64,000 nucleotides of DNA from Kudoa neothunni (Eukaryota > Animalia > Cnidaria), in contig OZ199840.1 in the NCBI GenBank assembly GCA_964304625.1, positions 1,712,332-1,776,331 of the forward strand, given 5' to 3'. A program made the translations under genes and the position numbers. Under the pieces are notes generated by a model. That model was not told where the DNA came from, made no database searches, and saw only the letters and a list, made by a program, of their open reading frames with translations. Within the stretch, counting starts at the first letter, position 1; each line of letters opens with the position of its first letter. Of this stretch, positions 26,587 to 39,500 are shown in pieces.

Positions 26587-29544
26587 ATGTCACAGACTAC
26601 GTCATCAGGCTGGCTCTATTTATTAGGAGTTTATACTTTTTCTTTGTGTATACATATTTATATTGTAAGACTCAGTGTAAATAAAAATAGTCTATATTCC
26701 ACTTCTACCCAAAGTACAAGGTCAGGTAGGAGCTCCAAATCAAGTTGCTACTGAAAACTCTTTAAAATACAAACTTGTTGAGGATGCACAGCAATTAAAG
26801 GTCAATTTAGTATTGAGTGGAAGAGACTATCCCGCGTCGAAAAAGTGCTATATTAAAAAATCGAATGATGATATCACGAACCTTGTCGATATTGATACCA
26901 CTGAATGCGCTGTTGATGGTTCACAAAATGTTTCTGGAAAATGTGTTATAACATGTTCAGGAAATGGAAAAAACTTAGCTTTTGATAAATTCTCCCCAAG
27001 GACAAAATATATTGCAGTTTTTACTCATGACGTCGCAGAGACGGCCGCAGAGAAACGCAGCGGTGGGGCAGTCTTTGGTCTTGAGCTGCGTAAATAAAGC
27101 ATTTAAAATATTATGGTAAACTTCTTTTAGAATTATTAGTGAATCCGCAAGTTACAATAACAAGACATGAAAAAAAATTGAGATTGAGGACAAAAACATG
27201 GAAACCGGTGAAATGCCCTATATTTTACAAGGACGTAGAATATGCACAAGGAACAGTTGGAGGTACTGGCGTCACGAGTATTGATAGTGAATTGGAGTTT
27301 AATTTAATGATTCCTCATTATGAAATGAAATGCGATAATTATCCCAGTTTCTTTTATAAACTTCAAAATAAATACACTTTGTCAAACATTGAAATTTATA
27401 AGCCACAGTATTACGTGACTAAAAAGTTGAATACGGCAAATAGATATTTTCTGAAATTTACAAACAAATTTCCTTTTGAAATGTGTCTCTTCAATATTAG
27501 AGATCCGTCAGCTAAACCAACAAACCCAAATACCGATGACTTCACGTCAAAGTGTAGTTCAACCGAGAAAAAATGTTATGCACCATGTAATAATGTTGAA
27601 CTTGAGTTCACAGCTTCCAAGTCTCTTGTTGAAATATTGATTCAAACCAGACATGTACCGTTGAATAAATATGAAAACGCCTATATTGGTTATATTCAGC
27701 AAAAATTTGGTAAAGTCGTGGATAATTTAACTTTGATAATCTTCTTATAGTTATCACCGAAACATCAGATAATGTCTTGTTGACAAAACATTCACCCACT
27801 GGTGTAACATTAAAAGTATCCTTGTTTAAACCATCTAAAGGAGATCGATTTTTCGAATGTACTGTAACTTATTATGAAGCAGACAAACCAGAAATTATAT
27901 CCGGTGCTCCTCAAAGGGCAATATGTTCTAACGGCAATCCACACTGTGAAACATGGTGCTCTACTGATCTAACGATTACAGGGCTTGATAGCGGAAAACC
28001 ATATATAATTGAAGTTGCAGCAGGCAACAAAGGTGGCAAGCTTAGAAACTTTAAGGAACATCTATTCTTTCGAACGGGTAATATAATATAAAAAATATTT
28101 TTTAAAATAAGTGTATAGAAAAAAAATCTGGATCTGACTTCTCTGGAACAAACCCAGCAGTAAAGGATACAACCGTATCAATTAAAGCAATAGATGGAAC
28201 TAAAACACTTACAGATCAAGAAGAGACTTGTGCTTATTATATTAGCCCTCGTGGAAAGGATGTATATGTGTGTGCGATGTGCGAAGAGAGTTATCCTTGC
28301 AGGGGTTTTTGCAAGGATTCTCAAAATATTCTAGGTTTAATACCTGGAACTGAGTATGACCTAAAGGTAGTTGCACACGAGGATTACGGAGAAAAAGTAT
28401 ACCGAATTCGAACATGTATATAATTATTTAACTATGAATTAAATAAGTAATTCCGTTTCAAGTATTGTCCACGCTTACACTTCGATCGGAATTTATAGAA
28501 AAAGGCTTCAAAGTGACCGGTGCACTTTCAACACCATATCCTACAGCTGTTTGTCATTATAAAGTAAAAGCAAAGAAAGGGCAAGAATTCGTGCCGATCT
28601 ATCAATGTCCACCTTTAGCTTCCACAAAAAATACTGGTGCATCCTCCATCGAGTCTACATCTTCTAAAGCAGCAGTGGTTAGGACAGCTAATGGAAAACA
28701 AACACAAGATGCACCTTCGTTAAATGAAAAAACCACATTCACTCCATGCACACAAGCACCATTATGCACTAATATAATATTCAGTGAAGGATACGAAGCA
28801 GACAAGGAATATGAAGTTTTAGTTACGGCCGTCGACAGGTCTGTTGAAACTCTCATCAAGATACCAATTAGTAATAAAACATCAAATTTTAAATTAATAT
28901 CTTTTATATTTTGATTACATTTTTGAAGCTAATAAAAATATTTACATTAATTACTGTTAACCTATATATTAATTTAGACCCAGTGCTAAATTTTAACACG
29001 AATAACACCATGAAACTAACCGTGGTGTTTCAAAGGGAAAACAATAATATAATAGTTAAAACTTCTCTTCCCTTGGGAGTTGATGAGGACTCGTTATGCA
29101 GATGGGAATTGAGAAATTGGGATGATCCATCGAAAGCAATCGTCCAAAAATGTATGGTGGCAGGTGAAAAAGATTGCTCGGCGTTTCCATCATGCAAGGA
29201 ATTCACAATTTTAAATGTGGGGAACACCAACAACTACCGTCTGATTTTATTTCACAGTATAGATGATAATATCGCTGGTTTCGCTGAAATTAACAAAGGT
29301 ACTAAATAAATCGTTATTCTACATTATTAATGAATAATTTAATAGACGATGAATCGAATAAATCAATGTAAAGTGAACTATTCGTCTTCTTATTAATTTA
29401 TTTTAGGTCAAAAAATGCAATGTACCTATTTACGAAATTATCCTGTTAATCAATTATTTTAGAATTATTGCAGTAGTGGTCCCAGTGCTCATCGTGGTTA
29501 TTGGTGTAGGATTCTATTTCGGATACTGGAAAAATAGAAGCTAG
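26587..29544 (+). CDS. Cys-rich FnIII-like repeat type I membrane protein, paralog C (~836 aa, 10 exons, intact)
   Basis: Exons 26587-26647, 26691-27089, 27131-27709, 27751-28077, 28119-28415, 28463-28870, 28978-29298, 29346-29367, 29407-29421 and 29463-29544 sum to 2511 nt in one frame. Intron positions match paralog A. Motif GLIPGTEYDLKVVA; ends IIAVVVPVLIVVIGVGFYFGYWKNRS. Confidence 0.85.
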
Positions 29545-29699
29545 AATTTTTTTTTGAAAAAACACCTCTATTAATTAACGTTTAATTTAATGATAATTTT
29601 AATATCAACATAATAATTTATTATTTATCAGATGATTTTGTTTATTGGCAACAAATATAATGTTCAATAACTTTATAAATACGTATTATTGCGAAAATA

Positions 29700-30010
29700 A
29701 TATTGTAATGTTTATTTTTATATGCGACAATATAGAAAACCCTTAGAAACGTTTTATTTCAATAATTATAATTGCTAATTCGTGATAAAATACATTATCT
29801 ATTAGAGTCTTCAGGAATGATTGATGTGGAAAATTTAGTAGTAAATAATCTGCCTCCATATTCACCCTTCCTCAATATTATTAAGAACGTTTTTTACCCT
29901 GAATAACCTAGTAAAAGAAAGAACTTTAAAAACGAAAAAGAACTAGAGTTAGCTAATTCTAAGTGAATCGACCGAATAACACTTATACGCTATGATGTGT
30001 TATATCGAAA
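29700..30010 (+). mobile_element. Tc1/IS630-type transposase relic
   Basis: FICDNI (~29718) and LPPYSPFLNIIKNVF (~29850-29895) match the DN and YSPxLNPIE motifs of DDE_3 transposases, with stops around them. Confidence 0.6.
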
Positions 30011-30013
30011 AAT

Positions 30014-30715
30014 ATCTACTATATAAAGCAAACCGGCAATCCGTGTGTGTGTTTCAGTGTGTACTTATTTTTCATTTTTTATAGAGAGACATATAGCTTC
30101 ATTTGAGCAAATATATGGAAAGATAAAATTTGATTTTAACACAGAAAAATACGTAAAGAATTATAAAAGATTTGCATCCTGCAAAATGACTAAAGACATT
30201 ATCACATGGTATTATTGGTTTGATTTGAGGATTTATGCAAACATATAGATCATTTTGTTAAAGTTTTAAAAGTTAATTTTAAACGTACCATAATGTTTAT
30301 TTTACTTTAAAATTATTGAAAAGTAATTTAATAATTCAAATATTTCAAATAAGGAAGGTAATATCACGTTATGTAGCCAATAATTAATATGAAATTCATT
30401 TGATGATGTTTAACAAGATTAGTCCTTTTCCTACGGTATAATTTAGAGATTACTGCGAATAATAAGGAGAAAATCGTTGTTTTAGGAGCCCTAAATAGGA
30501 AATTCAAATGCTCTGTAGTGTTTATTCGTTTTTAAAAATATTAAATAAGGTTCATGCGCCCTATGAGTTAAATAAATCATCAGTTAATTGGGTAATCTTT
30601 GTACTATTTATCTAAATACTCTGAATTTACTTTAACTTCAAACGACCTTGGCCTTCTCAAGGCTTTAGTCTACGTGGTCGGGCAAGGAAGCCAATACGAA
30701 GCGGGGTTTTGCTTT
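30014..30715 (+). mobile_element. Possible non-autonomous Helitron-like element
   Basis: Starts A|TCTACTATATAAAGC followed by (GT)n, and ends with GC-rich CGAAGCGGGGTTTTGCT resembling a decayed Helitron 3' hairpin. Confidence 0.35.
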
Positions 30716-30717
30716 AA

Positions 30718-30721
30718 TATA

Positions 30722-30753
<32 letters not shown>

Positions 30754-30764
30754 ATAAAAAAAAA
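30718..30764. repeat. (AT)n microsatellite followed by poly-T and poly-A runs
   Basis: Directly visible low-complexity tract. Confidence 0.9.
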
Positions 30765-30984
30765 CCTATAAATATTAATTTTTTCAAATATTGAATAAAA
30801 TATCAAAAACAATAGATATGTCACTAATATAAAGATAAAATCACTTTAAAAACATTTCTGTAACATTATTTATTAATTCTTTGTGCATCATAAATGATAC
30901 ATTGACCGTTAATGATTTGAATATATCCGAAATAAATTTTAAAGTTTGCTGATAAACAGTTTAAAAATAAATTACTCGAATTAA

Positions 30985-31593
30985 CCCTCTAAGTCTAAGT
31001 ATTTAGCGGTGGAATTCATCCTAAACAACTTTAATCCTACCATATATCATTTCATTGTTTTTTAATGCGAATGAAATTATTGCTATATTTATAAATTTAT
31101 CCAAAATATAACCATCAAATATTTGAGATTTTACAAAAACATGGGAAGCCATTGAAAATTAAAACAAACTCTCCAAAGATTTTGAGGTGAAATTCACCTC
31201 ACCATAATTTTTCCTTAATTATTCATCCAAAATATATGTTTATTGTTCAAAATGAATTCTAACTTAGCTCATTACATTAAAAAAAATAAATAAAATTAGA
31301 AATTTAAATATAAGAAAATACATCAAAGTCAGAATATATACTTTTAAAATAAATTGCTTTAATTTTGTGCGTTACTGAACAATTGGCTACTTAGGACTTA
31401 TTCCGTATAAGATTTATGAGGATTAATAACGAGTAATGACACTTTTTCTCTGTATGTAATCTGTAAAACCATATAATATTTTACGAATAATTTTATTACA
31501 TTGTTTTGCTTAAATATATTTAAACAAAACAATGGGGCTAATTTCACCTTCAAAATTTTTGGAAGTAGTTCATCTATTTATTGCATAAGGGGG
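30985..31593. mobile_element. piggyBac-type MITE
   Basis: TTAA-CCC...GGG-TTAA ends (30981-30987; 31591-31597). Internal inverted repeat TCCAAA-ATTTTGA-GGTGAAATT at ~31172-31200 versus ~31531-31563. Confidence 0.55.
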
Positions 31594-31838
31594 TTAACTA
31601 CAAAAGATTAATAATAGAAACATAAAATGTGTTAGGTCTCCCTCCTCGAAAACAAGCGCACGAAATTACGCGAATAAACCGTAAAACACATATCAGTAAT
31701 AAATTATCACTGGTAATTTTCAGTGACCAAATTAAAAAAACAAATATTATATCAAATTTCAAATGAAAAAAAACGACAATTCTAAAAAGTGTTCCCAATT
31801 TCAGCTGGCCAACTGTAAAAAGGCGATTATGATGATGG

Positions 31839-33543
31839 TCATGCTTTGGAGGAGTGGGGTATTCTCAAATGATCAGGTAGTTCGTCTGGCATTGCCACAC
31901 CTTCACGACCCAGTTTACAAAGATAATAAATAAGAGCGAATTCGTCACGCGACAGTTTTCCGTCACGATCAGTATCAACAAGATTCCAAGCTTGAGCAAG
32001 GACTTTGGTGGACAGTTTGGTTTTCATGAGTTCTTCTCTGACCACATGGCCATCTAGCAGACCGTTGGTGGTGGGGTGGGAATCGAAAATCTAAACAAAT
32101 TTAAAAACAACCAAAAATCAAGTCAACTAATACTTGATCAGATGGTTCTCTGTATTTGTTAACAATCCAAGCCTCACTATTTTTGCCATAGTTGATACCA
32201 ACTTCGGCTCCAGCTGAAAATGGATTGTATTCATTTTCGGTGCGATATTTACCAATTTTCTCTGAGAAAATGCCTCCTTTGATAGCCTAAACACAACCAT
32301 ACTCAATTAGAATACGAAAAGCAACATCAACAACTACTCTTTCCTCTGCTGTAACCTGATTCTCATCCGGTATACGTTTGAGTAGTTCAGGAATTTTATT
32401 GTAGAGAAGATCGGTTGCTCTATCAACTAGTTTTTGGTTGAATGTTTTGAGTTTACTGAAATCAACATTGACCAAAACTTTTCGCATATTATCAACTGGA
32501 GGAAAATCTCCTGGTGAGATGGATTTTTCGAATTGGATTTTCTTGTAGAGTTCGTCCAAATTTTTGATAAGCTCAGCTTTTTTCTTATCTTTACCGAACA
32601 ACGGCATCTCCTTGGCTAGTGTTGAGACAATGTACGCATTGATAATAACGTAACGAATTCTTTTGATGAAATCATTCAACTTTCGAATGGCAGCATTTTT
32701 GGGGAGGGTTCTGATTTCTTCTAGAAGGTCGTCTTGTTCTAGTTGGAACAGATCTCTGAAATCAACATTGTTCAACGCGCCATCCCAGAAACTACCAATG
32801 TACACTCTGGTGACCTCTGGGGTGAGGATTACTTTTCCTAACGACCACATCAAAGCACCATAAACTCGCATGAGTTGTTGATTGGAGACTGAATCTGCTT
32901 TGTTCAAAATCAAACGTATTTTGGAATCGTATGGACGCAGAGTTTCAATGGTTTTTTTGAATTCGTCAGAAATGTCCAACTTGTGTGAATCAAAAAGCAA
33001 CATAATCAAATCGCATCGTTCCGCAAACCATGTCACAACACCAGTAAAATCGTAACCTCGTTGAATAGTTTGTTTATCACCAGCAAGGATTCCCGGTGTA
33101 TCAACCAAAGTGACACGTTGTAAAAATTCGTTGTTAGCCTCAGCACAACTTAGCCTATTCAAAAAACTATTTCCAAAATAGTCCAACGAGCAGAATTGTT
33201 TAGATTTATCACTGGCCAACGCATTTCCTGGTATCACCCGATCTGTTTCACCATACATTATCACATTGAATCCATCGGTTGTTGGTTCCGGCCCTATTCT
33301 CATTCCTGGATAGTCTGAGTTGAGTAGGTATTTTATGAGTGATGTTTTTCCAGTCGAATACTGTCCAATAAATAGAATCATTGGTGCGCAATCAAAATCT
33401 GATTCTTGCATTCTAGGTGCTTGCAACTCATTGAATTTGTAATATTCTTCCAACCGAAGAAGATTGTCCATATAGTGAACTTTAAGCTCCTCGGCTACAG
33501 TTTGGTAAACTTGTCTGTCATCTTTTTTTCGTAGAGTTACCAT
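31839..33543 (-). CDS. EHD1: EH domain-containing protein (EHD1/Past1/RME-1 family)
   Basis: GQYSTGKTS, RIGPEPTTD, DTPGIL, LLFDSHKLDISDEF, LNKAD, QQLMRVYGALMWSLGKV. Introns 32287-32337 and 32091-32133. Linker NPF and EH domain LAQAWNLVDTDRDGKLSRDEFAL. Confidence 0.95.
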
Positions 33544-36500
33544 ACTAAATTGGCATCAAGGGAAAATAATATATCTGGCTGCGCGTGCGTGCGTTATAAA
33601 CACCTTGTCGGATGTGTCATTAAAAACCTTGATTTAATAGTAATGCTAATTGTATTCTTTCTAGTTTGAATACTTCATGCCAACTTATACAATATAATGA
33701 TACGTTATTGTTAAAACAATCTAGTTAAGTTTTGGCACAACTCGACATTATTAATTTGCTAGATTCGGTATAATATATATGAAATGGTCATTCAAGTCAA
33801 GTTTAAGCGGTGTCCCTTATCAATCCTCTTAGGTGTAATCCTCTCGTTTGGATAAATGCGTCTTATCGCATTAACCACTTTTACTACATCGAACCGTTTA
33901 CCAGTTGGGAATAATACTTGTGATTGATGTGTGGGTTAGATTTTATAAAATTCTTGCATACCTATAACAACCATGTATTGATCTCAAATGTAGAATATGT
34001 TGGGTGAGGTGAAGAGGTTAGTTTTTATTGGTCCGATTAATTTGTTATTTAATGGTCAATCCATTGGATTAGACGTCGTGAGTTTATTTTGAGAAGTCGT
34101 TAATTTTTAATGACTAGGAATACTCGTAGTGTGGTCGCGATTTAATTTTGCAATTGTTTTCCTGTGTGAACATAATATTGGGATGTATGTCGGCATAGCT
34201 AGGTTGACGATAAACCGCTTGGCATTTGTAAAATCGAATATTTTCAGTTATTCAATAATTCTCGGTTAATCAATCAACCATAAGATTAATACTTTAAAAT
34301 TGTTTGAATATTCTAGTTTTAAAAATCGTTGATATAATTCAGCTTATCGCTATCATTTTAAGAACATTTTGAAAAGAATAAATGCATGTAAAGCTTATTA
34401 GAGGGTCACTGGAGAAAAACAGCCAATATTTGATGATTATTTAGGATTTAAAAACAATATTTAAACCTAGACTCATTAAATATTATATGTGTACATTGGT
34501 TCGATGTTGGATGATAATTCTGTTGTGTCATACTCAATTCCCTTGTTAGATGGATATTGATGTTTTTATGATCTCCGGTTAATCTCCACAAAATTAATAA
34601 GCCGTGCCATAACTTTTTAATAATTATTATAGTTATTCAATAGATTTTTATCTATTGACGTAGATATGTTGAAAAATTGTTCTACTTGACTACCTGTAAT
34701 ATGTAATATGTAATATTCACGGTTGTAATTTTTGGGGGGTTTATTGTGTCGTTGGCTTCTCTAGTAAATTAAATATTAGAGTTAAATCGTCCATAAATTT
34801 TAGTTATAATATTCTTGATTATTTTTGAGCTTTTTCCTACATTTTGAAACCGTATGGGTGAATAATTATTTATGGGATTTGATGGCGCGAATAACTGTTA
34901 ATTATAGTAGTTAATCGATTTTTCCGTAATCCTTGGGACCAGAGAAAAATTACTGAAGGTGCATCACCTACCGATTTTACGTGCTTTTGATGCGTGCTCA
35001 GACAATTAAAAATATTTATTATTGAAGTAATATTATAAAGTTCACAATTATTATTTTTTAAGAGATTTTTATATCTTTAACATAACATGAAGAAAATCTA
35101 GTGGAAATACATTTAGATCACAATCTTTTCCATTAATGTGGTATTTAACCATAATACTTTTGTAGTTGAACTTTGAAAAATAAGTTATTCCTTTATTGAG
35201 ATATAGTAGTTAACGTGATGAATTTTCTGAAAAATACGAGAATGATGTAATATAATTTAGTTTCATGATTAAAAGCTGATCTACAGAAATATAGCTATAC
35301 ATTTAAACATTATTTTTGAAATCATTATTTTAAAATATTAAGTATATGTTAAATGTTTTAGTATCACTCTTCCCGTTTTAATTTATTCAAATTGAATAAA
35401 ATAAACATTGACAGTCGTTAAAAACCCTTTAATTCTTGTGATGGCAAATCAAAGAACCATGTGAACAATTCCTAGACAGGGACATAAAGAATTAGCTCAT
35501 CAACCATTTTAGATCTCTTTTCTAGAGGTGAATTAGATTCAAGATGTAAATAAAAATTAATTTTGGAAACTTTGCATATATTAATATAATTTAACAGTTT
35601 TTTATTGATTGATTAGTACACTTTTACATAAATTGTACAAAAATGACAGGTAGAAGATCTTGCAGCAATAACACTTAACTTGTTTGACCGTTTATGGTAC
35701 CAGTTTTAAGTGCGTAAATGGTCACCCAAGAAAATAAACCATTTTTAAATTAAGACGCGATCTGTCACGATAATATCCCCTAAATTTAATAATTTTATTG
35801 AATTGAATTCCTTAACTAATTTTTTCACATATAAAATTGTCTATAATAAATAGGTTTTCTTGACTCTAATGTTTTTATTCAATTATACACTATAACATTA
35901 AAAGTTTTATTTGGTCCCTTTTTCAGGTTTCTTTTTAATGAATTCAAACTCATTTTACATGAGGAAATTAATTCAATATTCTTAATTTAGAATTTTCCAA
36001 AGTTGAAATAGACACAAAATCAAAATCACGAAATGTAAAGATTTATCGGTTTCCATTAGAAAATTTTAATTAATGGTAAAAACATAAACCTATTTTTTTA
36101 TCTAAATGATTCACAATGATATTATGTGTGTAATAAGTTGAAACGATGGATTTTGAGAATTGATTGGAGCCGAAGAAATACCTAAATCCATAATCACAAC
36201 TTTTTGTAACAAGACCTCGTTATAAATTACATTTTTCTTGTGATTTTTAATTTGAATTTTAATTAAATAAACTTGGTTAATTTTTGAAAATGGTTTCAAC
36301 GCTAACGATTATATTTAAGAGAAGAAAAAGTCAAAGTACATAGAATCGAATAGCTACTGTATTTAGTAGATTTAGATTTAATAGATTCATATATTAATAT
36401 ATTTATATTTAATTACGGATTTTTTTAAATAGATTATCCAATATTTTAATCAATTAACTAACACTGATAGTTTTCATAGGTGGGTAAATTCGCTAATTTA

Positions 36501-39500
36501 AAATTATATAAGAAATCGTTTGAGATCTATTTTAGCTCCTAGATTTGATTTTTATTATTTTACATTTAAATTATTTTGGCCGATAATTATTTTTATATGA
36601 AGAGAGATTTCGAAATAAAGTTCTAGGTTCAACAATTTAATTCCGTTCGCCCTAAAACAGATTATAAAATTTATCTTTTATTTATTAAACTAGACTTGTA
36701 AAAATGTAAAATTAAAATTCATTTCATAAATAAATAAATAAATTGTATTAATAAAGAATTATAATCAGTAGATATTAAATTGATTAAAAATCTAATTATT
36801 TTACATGAATTACTGATTTTCAATGCCGGGAGATTGAAAATTAATGATACGGAATTTTTTAATGTGGTATGAAAATTAAAATTCTTAATTATATTTAAAA
36901 TTAACTGCTAAAATATTTGTTTACTTATTTTTAAAATCTGAATTTAGCAAGAACATGTAAAAATTGTTAAACTTCTTTCGCGGGTTGGACTTGATGTTAC
37001 GTATTAGTCGTTGGTGATCTAAAGTAGTTAGACTCACAACAAGAAAGCTGTAAACAGAACAGGAAGCAACATTTAAACTTTATCACTCATCTTCTTGTAG
37101 TAATATTCAAATTCAATCCAATAAGCATATTCCGAATAGGATAAATCACACCCCGACTAAATCTTAACCTTTCAACATTATTTGTTATGGCACGCGAGGT
37201 CTGCGTGATTATTATTAGCTAATAAGTTTAGACCAGGGATCGATAACCCGCCGCTCCCCATTTTATGTTCAAAGTATAAACTATAATATCTAAGATTAAA
37301 ACGCGAATAAATTATATAATTGCTAGTCTTTGCACTCACTATTACACTCAAATTTTGAATTATCATTAGACATAAATCATTTTTAATAAAAATATTTGGA
37401 TAATGAATAAATGTTTGGTACTCCAATATCACCACCTCGGACTAATTTTATTTATTAAAAAATTAAACAAATTAAATATAGAAAGAAAAGATTAAGCATA
37501 ATTTGAATAACTGCTAAATGTAAAGAATTCCTCATTGAACTAAAATCCTATACATCTACGATCATTAAAAAATCTCAATAACTTTAAAAATTCTCAATTT
37601 TTTATGTTTTTAATTAAAAATTTATTTTTACCACTAGTCAAAATTTCTCCTTAATAAAAAGATTAATATTATACTGAAATTCATCAAAAATAGACTTTTT
37701 GAGTAATATGTACAATACATCTTATTTATTTATATGCACAATTTTTATAAACCTTTAAGCTGGACTAAAGGAAGTGTTGGTAGTTCTTCCGGTTTACAAA
37801 TTTTTTGAATAAATTTATTTCAATAAAAAATACTCTTGAAATATTAGACGATCATTATATTTACTACAGAGAAAATTCTATGTAGCATGTTGCAGAAATA
37901 ATTTAATTGTTGAAAACACAAGAAAGTAAATTATTCGTACAATTTTAAAATATTAAGTTATTCTGTTAAAATTTTCTTTTTGTTGACGATAATATTCACG
38001 AAGATAGATTTTTTATCGTATACTCGTTGTATAGAGGTTAATGGTAATGTTTCTTATTTATCATAATAGGAATTATTTAAAACGAAATTACAATATTACT
38101 TGTAGTAATCAGAAAAATACAAGTGTATAATTTTTTATTTTTGTTAATTCCTTCCGCATTAAAAACATTAATATTTAAATAATTGGTTAATTAATTACAG
38201 AAAAACGCATAGAAGAATCAATTCGATGATTTCCCCAGATTTTTCTGGAATGTATGTTTTTACGGTTTCAAAGTTGAATACTTTGATTTTCGAGGCTATA
38301 TTTAATGTGAGATCCGGAAGAAGTAAAATTTTTCCCCATTATGAATATTTGGCCCTTCCGGTCAGATCGGTTGCCGACCCCTGTTCTAAACGATTCATTC
38401 GTCGAACACAAGATTTTCCGATTGAGACATCCCGGACTCCCTTGGCCCTAGGGGATCCGGGAGACAATTATTGGGTTGGTTCGAGACTCATAAAATGAGC
38501 TAATGTAAAATTTAACAAGCTGAACATACTTGTATGTAATCTACGAATTCTTCACAATCGCAAACCCCCCCCCCCCCCAAAAAAGTGTCGTGTTCGATTC
38601 ATGCGCAATCGAGATTGAAATAAATCCAGAAAACAATAGTCAGATGAGAATTTTTAATGATAAATATATCTTTTTTTTTAATATGAATTTTTATATTTAA
38701 TATTAAATGAAACAATAATGTACCAAAAAATTTGTATTCGTGTATAACTTATTAATTTTCTATAGTAAACTATACAGAAAGTAATAATTAAAATTAATTA
38801 GCATAAAAATAATGTTTTTAGATTGTTTTATTTAACTATTTTAAGTTTTTATACTTTAGGTTAAAATTAATTCGTTCTCAAAAATTTTATAAACTAACAC
38901 TTTACATTTATAATTGATTAATATATTTAGTTTTATCAATTAATTTTTAAATCAATTATTAAAACAATAAAATCCATATTAACCAAATGCGCGACTATTC
39001 TCAATTGATATTTTACACTATGATATTGAATATCTAGTTCGTTTTTAAGTTATGATTAATGCATATCGTTATCAAATTAAGTTACTCGTTGAAAGTTAAT
39101 TATTTCCCAAAAACGACCAGAAATAATTAGCACTAAAATTTATTATTAGTTGTAGTTATTTTATTTAATTTACTTTCTCGTTAATGTAACTTCCTTTTTT
39201 TCGTGTAATTTTATTAGAAATATTTTCCCCAACAAAATAGATCCATTTCAGAATATTATTTTTGAGAAAAGATGTGGAGTTGTCCTTATAAGTGACGTGG
39301 GGTGCGGAAATTAAAATAATCGGGAGGCGCTATTTGGATATTATCCTCCCCATTTATCTGAATTTCATATATGTACAAATCTCAAGAAAGTGGGGAACAT
39401 ATCTAACTAATGATTCCGTGTGCAATTGGGACACAAAACATTGGGGAAGTCGTTTTATAGAGATCTTAGCTTAAACTCGCCACTTGCCGATTCGTATCCA

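Larger units (their letters stand above)
19713..29547 (+). repeat. Tandem duplication of a ~3.38-kb unit (19713-23088 and 23089-29547, the second carrying the MULE insertion)
   Basis: Promoter, exons and introns are near-identical. CTAGAAT occurs at the start (19713), junction (23089) and end (29541). Confidence 0.95.

Noticed and set aside
33700-34950. Possible LTR-retrotransposon pol remnant on the minus strand
   Set aside because: Only a vague similarity (LQMPSGLS); no convincing RT/integrase motif or LTR pair.
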